A DNA stretch of 10,110 nt from Chlamydiota bacterium (GCA_039179045.1 JBCDEZ010000044.1:1-10110), one strand, 5' to 3'. Numbered from the stretch's first letter, positions 1-8,101 are shown. Numbers and translations are program-made. Notes: generated from the letters alone by a model not told the origin.

Positions 1-219
1 CCCATCTAGGCCAAGACCCCTTCGCTCTCATATAGCTTGATTTCTTTCGTTCATTCCCGGTCTCCATATAGCGTTTTTCCTTGGAGGGATGAACGCCTTT
101 GCTCCTCAATTGCTTTTCTACAGCCAATCGTATCGTAGCCTCCATCTGCCAAATACTCCTTAGGCTCCCTTAGGACAACGATTGATGAGTTTTTCTCCTA
201 TGGAACAATCCGTTTTGAG
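1..219 (-). pseudogene. Degenerate IS5-family (IS903 group) transposase fragment, 5'-truncated, continuing off the left edge
   Basis: Manual translation of the reverse complement across frames gives LKTDCSIGEKLINRCPKGA / KEYLADGGYDTIGCRKAIE / GAKAFIPPRKNAIWRPGMNERNQAI*ERRGLGLDG. This matches the IS903-type motifs ADGAYD...IPPRKNA.W...RN.A. Frameshifts lie near 164 and 105, with an in-frame TGA at 28-30. Confidence 0.85.
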
Positions 220-546
220 GGGCCTGCTAGATACCTACTCGCGAAAAATTGCGCTTCTAAATAGAGAGGTTGAGAGGTAAATCCCAGCCCGTTGCGTACC
301 ATCAACTTTAAGCATTCCCCATCCACCCACCAGCCTAAAAAATCCTCACTAAATATCTCTGCTAAACAAGGTCCATTCTCTACGATTCAAACCGGAACTC
401 AGGCTAAAACGGATACAAAACTATTTCTGTATGAATAGAAGCAACCTGGGAGAAATGTTTTGCGAGGGAATGTACCTGCGATCCCTCTGGACAAATAACA
501 GAAAGTTCTTGCGAAGATGTGTCCCTTTGTGGGATGAAATTTGTAC

Positions 547-3327
547 ATGAAAGAGTCGCATCCACAAGAAATTGGCCGCTATAAAATCCTCGAAAGAATT
601 GGCAAAGGGGGCATGGGAGAGGTCTTTTTAGCCTACGATCCGATCTCTGAGAGAAACGTTGCTTTGAAATGTATACGAGAGGATCTGCAAGGTAAAAAAG
701 CGATTCGCTCCCGATTTCTTAGAGAAGCTAGGATCGCATCTCAGCTGACTCATCCTTCGGTGATTCCCATCTACAGCATTCATAAAGAGGGAAACGCCCT
801 TTATTACACGATGCCCTATTTGCAAGGGAAAACCTTGCGTCAGGTTCTTCGAGAAACCAAAGAACAAGCCAAACAAGGAGCAGCCTGCTCTCTGGGAGGA
901 GGTTCCATTTCCAGTCTTTTTCAAGTCTTTTTGCGTATTTGTGAGGGAGTGAGCTACACGCATGCAAAAACGATTTTGCACCGGGATCTCAAACCAGAAA
1001 ATGTGATCATTGGAAAATATGGAGAGGTGATGATTTTAGATTGGGGTATCGCCGACTATGCAAAAGCACAAAGAAGAGGAACAAAAACGGGAAAAGTAGC
1101 AGGTACGGTCGCCTATATGGCGCCCGAGCGAGCGCTTGGAGAAAAGGCAACCTACCAAACGGACATCTATTCTCTAGGAGTCATCCTCTACCACATGGTT
1201 ACTTTAGAGCTTCCGTTCCAAAGAGGCAACCTCGAGGCATTTCGCAAGTACATGAAAGAAGAGACCTACGTCAATCCGATTGAACTTGCCCCTTATCGGG
1301 AGATACCACACGAAATTTTGGACATCATCAAAAAGTGCTTGAGTTTCGATCCTGAAGATCGCTACCGAGCCGTGCACACCCTCATCCAAGATATGCAGCA
1401 TACGATTCAGGGGAAAACCCACTGGATGTTCATCACGCAACTTTGTCCCGAGAAAAAAAGTGATTGGGAATTTCAGGAGCATGTGATGATCGCAAAGCAC
1501 ACCGCAATCACGAGGCATACAGAAATCGCCCAGTGGGCGATGCTCATGGTCTCAAAGCACAATTTCTCCGGCAATATCCGCTTGCATGTAACAGTGCAGA
1601 TGTTAGAAAAAAGTGCGGGATTCGGTGTGCTTTTCGGGATCCCTGAATCTCCTAAAAGGAACAATTTAGGAGAGGGATATTGCCTTTGGATCACAAAAAG
1701 CCCTACCCGGTTGCAGCTCTTCCGCTCTAACGTGCTTGTAGTCGATATAGAGCCTCATGTAGAGGAGCACGCAATCCATGAAATAGTGATTGAAAAAGTG
1801 CACGAGCAGATCCGCTGCTTTTTGCACAATACTCTCGTTTTTAGCTATACCCTGAGTTTGCCTTTGCACGGCGCGCATGTGGGTATTCTGTATAAAGATG
1901 CACACTTTGTACTCAAGCATTTCTCGCTCTACAGCGGATCACAGGGAGTATTGGTCAATTGTTTGGCGATACCTGATGCCTTTTTTGCATACCAAGATTA
2001 CGACAAAGCGCTTCTCGAATACCGAAGAGCTGGGCGCGCTTTTCCAGGGAGACCTGAAGGAAGAGACGCCATCTTCAAAGCAGGCATCACACTATTAGAA
2101 AAAGCAAAACTTGCGGCAGAAGATCCCAAGCCTCTGCAGCTAGAGGCGCTTGACGAGTTCGAAGCGCTGCACGGCACGCCAGGCGCGCCTCTCGAATATC
2201 TGGGCAAGGCCTTAGCCTACCGCGCCCTTGGCGATTACCACGAAGAGGCGAAATGCCTCGAGTTTGCTCTGAACAAATTTCCCAAACATCCCCTTCTCCC
2301 CTTGCTAGAAGAGCATATTTTCTACCGCATGCACGAAAGCTCCACAGAAAACCGGCTTGCGGCATATAAAAGCATCCTTCTTGTCGTGCGCTATTTCCCA
2401 AAGATGCTTGAAAATAGCGAAGTGAAACTGCTGATCGGTAGCCTCAAAAACCATTGGCAAACCCTCCCATTCATCGAGGGGGCAGCGGAAGACTCTCAGC
2501 AGACCACAGCGATTATCCTCGCATTTTGGACCGATACCAAGCAAGCGCTCCTCTCTTCAATCAGTACATTGATCAAACAAGAAGCTCCAAAAGCATCCCT
2601 TTTGGAAAATGCCCTTTTTTGTTTGAGTGAACTTGGTTACTATAGCGATACTCGGCACTGTCTAGAAGAACTGAAAAATGCCTCGAAGAGCGCGCTTTTA
2701 TCTAGAGGATGCGCCCTCATCAAAGGAACCATACTCAAAGAGGACTCTGCGATCAAAACCGTCTACTCTTACACGGAGGGGGAACTCGATTTCCAACAGA
2801 TCCGCGTTTTAGTCCACATTGTGAAAAAGTTGCTTCTACGCAAAGAGTACGGAAAGTTGCAGCAAATCGCGCGCAAGACCCCACTGACCAGAACTTCGGA
2901 ACAAATCATGCCTCTGCACGCAGCTCTTCTTTGGTTTTTCCTTTTAGACAACCAGATCAACAATGCAAGAAAGCTGTTGCAAGCGTATACACTAGAAGAA
3001 TTGAAACAAGAACAATCTCCCCTATTTTCCCCATATGGAACCTTTCTTTTCCGCACGAGGGGGAAAGGAGCTATGGATGCGCATTTCGGTGCCTGTCTCG
3101 AGAAGTCTTCCCCTCCTACTACCTGTCTACTGAGCCATTTTCTACGGGGGAAAATTGCCGAAGAAGGCGACTGGATGCGGAATGCGTTTTACTGGGAAAA
3201 GCAGGAACTTTTTTTAGAGCTGACTCTGCTCTACCGGATCACCAACCAACACCACAAAGCAAAAGATTATGAGCAAAGACTTCAGGGAAGATATACCCGA
3301 GATTATCGCAAAGAAATACGTCCATAG
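547..3327 (+). CDS. pknD: Serine/threonine-protein kinase PknD (N-terminal Hanks kinase, beta-rich middle domain, TPR-like helical C-terminus)
   Basis: Kinase motifs GKGGMGEV, VALK, HRDLKPEN, DWG, GT..YMAPE and DIYSLG. C-terminal blocks CLAIPDAF, FPGRPEG and LHGTPGAPLEYLGKAL are recognised as chlamydial PknD. Length ~926 aa and position upstream of valS fit. ATG 547 is preferred, and TTG 541 is an in-frame alternative. Confidence 0.93.
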   Translation: MKESHPQEIGRYKILERIGKGGMGEVFLAYDPISERNVALKCIREDLQGKKAIRSRFLREARIASQLTHPSVIPIYSIHKEGNALYYTMPYLQGKTLRQVLRETKEQAKQGAACSLGGGSISSLFQVFLRICEGVSYTHAKTILHRDLKPENVIIGKYGEVMILDWGIADYAKAQRRGTKTGKVAGTVAYMAPERALGEKATYQTDIYSLGVILYHMVTLELPFQRGNLEAFRKYMKEETYVNPIELAPYREIPHEILDIIKKCLSFDPEDRYRAVHTLIQDMQHTIQGKTHWMFITQLCPEKKSDWEFQEHVMIAKHTAITRHTEIAQWAMLMVSKHNFSGNIRLHVTVQMLEKSAGFGVLFGIPESPKRNNLGEGYCLWITKSPTRLQLFRSNVLVVDIEPHVEEHAIHEIVIEKVHEQIRCFLHNTLVFSYTLSLPLHGAHVGILYKDAHFVLKHFSLYSGSQGVLVNCLAIPDAFFAYQDYDKALLEYRRAGRAFPGRPEGRDAIFKAGITLLEKAKLAAEDPKPLQLEALDEFEALHGTPGAPLEYLGKALAYRALGDYHEEAKCLEFALNKFPKHPLLPLLEEHIFYRMHESSTENRLAAYKSILLVVRYFPKMLENSEVKLLIGSLKNHWQTLPFIEGAAEDSQQTTAIILAFWTDTKQALLSSISTLIKQEAPKASLLENALFCLSELGYYSDTRHCLEELKNASKSALLSRGCALIKGTILKEDSAIKTVYSYTEGELDFQQIRVLVHIVKKLLLRKEYGKLQQIARKTPLTRTSEQIMPLHAALLWFFLLDNQINNARKLLQAYTLEELKQEQSPLFSPYGTFLFRTRGKGAMDAHFGACLEKSSPPTTCLLSHFLRGKIAEEGDWMRNAFYWEKQELFLELTLLYRITNQHHKAKDYEQRLQGRYTRDYRKEIRP

Positions 3328-3829
3328 AGGTTTTTTCGATCTAAGAATTGATACGATCCGAAGTCCCGACCAACAAACGCAAGACTACACAACCCTTTGC
3401 ACGAAAACGCGCGCTGCTGCTGTACTGGGGCAAGATACGGAAGGTAGGTATATTTTGATCCGAGAATACCGGTACCCTGTGGGGAAATGGGTCTACTCGC
3501 TACCAGGGGGAAGGATAGAAGAGCTCGAAAAAAGCTGGGAAGGCGCTCGAAGAGAATTTCTCGAAGAGACAGGCTACCGAGCACCTCAACTGCAGCCCCT
3601 TTTTCTCCACTATCCGATGCCCTCTGTCTGCGATCAGGTAGTCGAGGTGTTCTATAGTGCCCAGTGCACTGCAGTCACTCATCCTTCTTGCGATCTTTTA
3701 GAACGGATTGTTCCCGTGTGCTTGCGAGAAGAAGAGCTCCATTCCCTTTTTAAACAAGAGGGAATAGCGATGGATAGTCTCCTTTGTTCTGCGCTTTTCT
3801 ATTTGCGCGTATCTGGGAAATCTTGCTAG
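3269..3829 (+). CDS. Nudix hydrolase, ADP-ribose pyrophosphatase-like
   Basis: Complete Nudix box G-RIEEL-E-KSWEGAR-REFLEETGY (GX5EX7REUXEEXGU). Upstream IREYRYP motif and a proline 16 residues after the box's last Gly (YPMP) are typical of the ADPRase subfamily. Overlaps the pknD 3' end by 59 nt. Confidence 0.9.
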   Translation: MSKDFREDIPEIIAKKYVHRGFFDLRIDTIRSPDQQTQDYTTLCTKTRAAAVLGQDTEGRYILIREYRYPVGKWVYSLPGGRIEELEKSWEGARREFLEETGYRAPQLQPLFLHYPMPSVCDQVVEVFYSAQCTAVTHPSCDLLERIVPVCLREEELHSLFKQEGIAMDSLLCSALFYLRVSGKSC

Positions 3830-3841
3830 ACTAAGCTACTT

Positions 3842-6625
3842 ATGGATAAGCAGTACCAACCAAAATCGATCGAGCATAAGTGGCTCTCTTTCTGGGAGCG
3901 CTTCCAGGCTCCTAAACAGGAGGGACCTAGCTTTAGTGTCATTTTGCCTCCTCCCAATGTGACGGGTGTACTGCACATGGGCCACCTTCTCGCCTATACC
4001 TTGCAAGACTTTCTTGTACGGCAGAAAAGAATGGAGGGGTTTCGCGCTCTTTTTCTTCCCGGAACAGACCACGCGGGCATCGCCACGCAGTCGGTTGTAG
4101 AGCAGATGCTCTACAAACGGACAGGCAAAACAAGGGAGGATTTTTCCCGCGAAGAGTTTCTCTCCGAAATCTGGTCTTTTAAAGAGGAAAAGCAAAGAAA
4201 GATACTCCAGCAGCTCAAACAAACAGGAGCCTCTTTAGATTGGAGTCGCCTCCGGTTCACTCTAGACGAACAGAGCTCGAAAGCCGTAACCATTTGCTTC
4301 AAAAAACTGTTCGATGAAGGTCTCATCTACCGGGGAGACTATCTCGTGAACTGGGATCCTCATCTCCAGACAGCGCTTTCGGATGATGAGGTCGAATACG
4401 AAGAGGAGAGCTCGCATCTGTGGTACATCCGCTATCCGATCGAAAAAAGTGAAGATCACCTCGTAGTGGCGACCACGCGTCCTGAGACGCTCCTCGGAGA
4501 CGCAGCTGTTGCCGTGCACCCAGAAGATGCTCGTTTCCAGTCGCTCATCGGAAAATCGGTGCGCCTTCCTCTTCAAAACCGCTTGATTCCCATCATCGCC
4601 GACTCTTATGTGGATCCTCTTTTTGGATCTGGTTGTGTGAAAATCACACCGGCTCATGATGAAAACGACCACCAGATTGGTAGAGCACATGGGCTTTCTC
4701 AGATCAATATCATGACCAAGGCAGGCACGATCAATGAAAAAGGAGCGCCCTTTACAGGTCTTTCGATGCAAGAAGCAAGAAAAAGCGTTCTCGAGGCACT
4801 CAGAAAGGAGAATCTTTTAGAAAAAACCGAGCCCCATACCCTTCGCGTGGGAAGATCCTACCGTTCAAAAGCAAAAATTGAACCGTACCTCTCCAAACAA
4901 TGGTTCATCCGGATGGAGCCCTTCAAAAAAGGACTCATCGATGTGGTGAAAAACGGGGAGGTAACCCTATTCCCAAAAAGCCGCGAGCAGACGTACCTCC
5001 ACTGGATTGAGAATCTCCGCGATTGGTGCATCTCCCGGCAACTTGTATGGGGACACCCGATCCCTATCTGGCACTCGAAAAGCGATCCCGATGCATTTCT
5101 TTGCGCAGACGAGGAAGGTATTCCTGAAGAGGTGCAAAAAAACCCAGAAAATTGGGAGCAAGATCCCGACGTGCTCGACACTTGGTTTTCGTCCGCTCTT
5201 TGGCCTTTGAGCACACTAGGCTGGCCGGAAAGTACGCAGGATCTCAAAGATTTTTATCCCACAAGCATTTTAGTGACAGGCCATGACATCCTTTTTTTCT
5301 GGGTGGCTCGCATGATCATGATGGGCAAGTACCTCACTGGAAAAGCTCCTTTTCACCGAGCATTCGTACATGGCCTCATTTACGGGAAATCCTATTGGCG
5401 CGAAGAGGGAGGCATGCAAGCTTACCTCTCTGAAGACGAGCGCAGACTCTACGATCAAGGGGAAAAAGCACTCCCCCCAGATATCCACTCGAAATGGGAG
5501 AAGATGTCAAAATCGAAGGGAAACGTGATCGATCCGCTGGAAGTGATCGAGCAGTATGGCACCGATGCGATCCGCCTGAGCCTTCTCTCTTCCATGAATA
5601 GTTCGGGTCAGATCGACCTCGATACAAGACGATTCCAAGAGCAAAGAAACTTCATCAACAAGATTTGGAATAGCGCAAGATTTGTTTTCGGCAGCATAGA
5701 CGATCTCAAGATCAAAAAGGGCATCGATCCCGATCTTTTGACCTTAGAAGACCATGCGATTCTCCTAAAAGTGAACGAGCTGATCGAAAAAGTAGAAGGC
5801 TACATAGAAAATTGTTCGTTAGAAAAAAGTGCGCAAGAGCTCTACAACTTCTACTGGAAAACGTTCTGTTCTCTCTATATAGAGACAAGCAAACCCTATT
5901 TGCGCCAAGAGAGTCCCAAGGATGTGCGGCAAAACAAACAGACGCTCCTTGCTATTCTCTTGAATTGTCTCATCCGCCTTTTGCACCCTGCAATTCCGTT
6001 CATTACAGAAGAGATCTTCCAGACCCTCAAAAAACGGTTCTCTCTTCTTCCCAAAACTACATGTCCCTATCTTGAGGACCTGCGCATCTCCCTCGAAAAA
6101 GAAGGGTGCATCGTCGCTCCTTACCCGAAGCCTTTGCAAGTACCTTACCTCGACGAAAGTGCCACCGCTAAGATGCAATTTTTGCAGGAGATTGTCTACC
6201 AACTACGCAATATCCGGGGAGATATGAATATCCCTTCTCGGGAGAAGATCGATTTATGGGTGGAGATCACAGATCTCTCTCTTTCGATGGAAGATCCTCT
6301 TTGGACTATTCTGCCCGCTCTCGTTCCCCTGGGGAAGATCGAGGCTAAAGAGAGACCCACCGAGAGCTTTGGAGCTGCTTTTGCTACCCCTTCAGCCACT
6401 TTTTTCGTTCCCCTCTCCGATCAGTTGCTTGCAAAAGAGAAAAAAAGATGGGACAAGGAAGAGGAAAAAGCGCGCTCTTTACAAAAACGACTTACTGAGA
6501 AATTGCGCAATCCCCAATTCTTAGAAAATGCTCCCCGAAAAATTGTAGAAGAACACCAAGAGATGTTAAAAAAAGTGCATGTTTCTTTAGAGGAGATTGA
6601 AAAAAAGCGCAAACAATGGCTCTAA
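3842..6625 (+). CDS. valS: Valine--tRNA ligase
   Basis: PPPNVTGVLHMGH (HIGH motif), GTDHAGIATQ, ATTRPETLLGD, VKITPAHD (editing domain), DWCISRQL, DVLDTWFSS, KMSKSKGN, and a C-terminal coiled-coil arm (KLRNPQFLENAP). 927 aa. Confidence 0.99.
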   Translation: MDKQYQPKSIEHKWLSFWERFQAPKQEGPSFSVILPPPNVTGVLHMGHLLAYTLQDFLVRQKRMEGFRALFLPGTDHAGIATQSVVEQMLYKRTGKTREDFSREEFLSEIWSFKEEKQRKILQQLKQTGASLDWSRLRFTLDEQSSKAVTICFKKLFDEGLIYRGDYLVNWDPHLQTALSDDEVEYEEESSHLWYIRYPIEKSEDHLVVATTRPETLLGDAAVAVHPEDARFQSLIGKSVRLPLQNRLIPIIADSYVDPLFGSGCVKITPAHDENDHQIGRAHGLSQINIMTKAGTINEKGAPFTGLSMQEARKSVLEALRKENLLEKTEPHTLRVGRSYRSKAKIEPYLSKQWFIRMEPFKKGLIDVVKNGEVTLFPKSREQTYLHWIENLRDWCISRQLVWGHPIPIWHSKSDPDAFLCADEEGIPEEVQKNPENWEQDPDVLDTWFSSALWPLSTLGWPESTQDLKDFYPTSILVTGHDILFFWVARMIMMGKYLTGKAPFHRAFVHGLIYGKSYWREEGGMQAYLSEDERRLYDQGEKALPPDIHSKWEKMSKSKGNVIDPLEVIEQYGTDAIRLSLLSSMNSSGQIDLDTRRFQEQRNFINKIWNSARFVFGSIDDLKIKKGIDPDLLTLEDHAILLKVNELIEKVEGYIENCSLEKSAQELYNFYWKTFCSLYIETSKPYLRQESPKDVRQNKQTLLAILLNCLIRLLHPAIPFITEEIFQTLKKRFSLLPKTTCPYLEDLRISLEKEGCIVAPYPKPLQVPYLDESATAKMQFLQEIVYQLRNIRGDMNIPSREKIDLWVEITDLSLSMEDPLWTILPALVPLGKIEAKERPTESFGAAFATPSATFFVPLSDQLLAKEKKRWDKEEEKARSLQKRLTEKLRNPQFLENAPRKIVEEHQEMLKKVHVSLEEIEKKRKQWL

Positions 6626-6633
6626 ATCCCCTC

Positions 6634-7449
6634 TTAGCCTATCTGAATGATCGTCGTTTTTTTCTGGTAACTCCCCTCGAGTTCCTTTCCCTTGCCATCG
6701 ACTACAGTTAGTGAAAGCACATGTTTGCCCTTTTTCAGACCGTAGATGTAGTAAGGAGCTTTTTGGTAGAGCGTTTCGATAAGGGTGCCATCGATTCTCA
6801 CCTGTACTCCGTAGCTTCCCTCTGCAAGTAGACCTTGCGTGAAGAGAAAGTCGAGCAACACAGGAGTATTTTCTGGATAGACATACCGCCAGCTTGGCTC
6901 GTTGTAGGTCAAGATGGGCCCCTGCATCTCCTGAGACTCCCTTTTTCTACCAACCGAAAAGGTGACCATTTCGAAGCAATCGGAAGACTTGAGACTCTCT
7001 CCGTAAGACCGCGCCAGAAATAGGCGTGCTGTATGCTCCCCCTCAGAGAGATCGCAGGGAAGAGGAATCTGGTAGTTTTGCTGATAAAAATCCCCATCTT
7101 GTTCAAAAGGATCTACGCTTCCTCGAGTATGGATTTCGTAGGGATCATCATCAATGACAATCCGCAAAGACTGTCCCATTGGCTCGTTCAAAAGCTGCTC
7201 ACTCCTTTCCGCAGGGGAGCGCGTTCCTAACGAGTAGCCTCGGATACGCACATTGAGAATCACAGGATTGCCTACGACTTGCTGCTCTTCTGGAAAAGCT
7301 ACGCGCAGCGTGGCCCGGTTGGGCTCGGGGCTTGGCCTCACTTTCACAATCGTAATGGAAGAGGGTGGAGGCGCCTGCAAGAAAGGTTTGCTACGTTCTG
7401 CTGCTGATAGAGGGCAAAGTAAGAGAAGAAAGGGGAAAAGTAGCTTCAT
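6634..7449 (-). CDS. Secreted/periplasmic hypothetical protein, probably two beta-sandwich domains
   Basis: 271 aa ORF with ATG preceded by a purine-rich AGGA. Sec signal MKLLFPFLLLLCPLSA|AE. Motifs GQSLRIVIDDDPY, LSEGEHTARLFLARSYGESLK, PILTYNEP, VLLDF and GLKKGKHVLSLTVVD resemble a conserved bacterial uncharacterised family (recognised from memory). Confidence 0.85.
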   Translation of the reverse strand: MKLLFPFLLLLCPLSAAERSKPFLQAPPPSSITIVKVRPSPEPNRATLRVAFPEEQQVVGNPVILNVRIRGYSLGTRSPAERSEQLLNEPMGQSLRIVIDDDPYEIHTRGSVDPFEQDGDFYQQNYQIPLPCDLSEGEHTARLFLARSYGESLKSSDCFEMVTFSVGRKRESQEMQGPILTYNEPSWRYVYPENTPVLLDFLFTQGLLAEGSYGVQVRIDGTLIETLYQKAPYYIYGLKKGKHVLSLTVVDGKGKELEGSYQKKTTIIQIG

Positions 7450-7555
7450 GAAATCCTGCCTTTTTCTTCTTTTTCCGATAATGAATCTATTTTTTCAACG
7501 AATTTTCTTCAGAAAAAGGATTTACGAAAATCGGATAATCCCCTAACTAGAGGGT

Positions 7556-7918
7556 ATGAGTAGACTAACCATATGGTTCCTTACAACAATCTGCCTTTTC
7601 AGCTCCCTTGATGCCAGGCATCCGGAAAAAGCGATCTTGCAGATTACTTTCCAAGATCCGGGCAATCGCGCAAAAATCATCTTGCGCAGCGCCTCATTTC
7701 AAGGAGAAAATATTCGCTTGCGTCCAAGAAGCCCCAATGGCATCCGTGCAATTTTGCATAAAAATCTTTTGCCAGGATCCTACATCCTTCGTTGGACTGT
7801 GGAGAAAAATGGCTCCCAAGAGATTACGGAAAAAACACAAACAAGGACGATTGAAATTGGCCCGGAAGATATCTGGGTCGATGTACTAGTAGAAGGTGAG
7901 CGCTTTATCCTACTTTAA
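7556..7918 (+). CDS. Small secreted hypothetical protein, predicted single beta-sandwich
   Basis: 120 aa, GAGGG just before the ATG, signal peptide MSRLTIWFLTTICLFSSLDA|. Alternating beta-strand pattern with an L.PG.Y.L.W motif seen in PEGA/Ig-like folds. Confidence 0.75.
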   Translation: MSRLTIWFLTTICLFSSLDARHPEKAILQITFQDPGNRAKIILRSASFQGENIRLRPRSPNGIRAILHKNLLPGSYILRWTVEKNGSQEITEKTQTRTIEIGPEDIWVDVLVEGERFILL

Positions 7919-7936
7919 GTCGGCCCCGCTTTTTTT
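7917..7936 (+). terminator. Possible weak intrinsic terminator
   Basis: AAGTCG-GCCC-CGCTT is a short bulged hairpin followed by a T7 run (7930-7936), immediately after the stop at 7918. The stem is weak. Confidence 0.3.
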
Positions 7937-8101
7937 CGGTAAAGCTTCATCAGAAAAAACGATCTACCCAAACACCAACAGCTCTCTGGATTTTTTATTT
8001 TTTTAGGTCTGCATATTCTTTTTGTGAAAAAAGAAGTAACGAATTTGAAGAAGATAGCTCATTCTTAGTGATTGAAAACCGGAAAGTCGGGTGATTAAGG
8101 A

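Noticed and set aside
2709..3272. 187-aa alternative-frame ORF inside pknD whose TGA overlaps the Nudix ATG (ATGA)
   Set aside because: The composition is not protein-like, and PknD similarity stays in the main frame through WEKQELF...YEQRL. This is a shadow ORF, not evidence of a pknD frameshift.
628..6612. Numerous 60-170 aa antisense and alternative-frame ORFs within pknD, Nudix and valS
   Set aside because: All are nested in well-supported genes and have no motifs. They are expected shadow ORFs.
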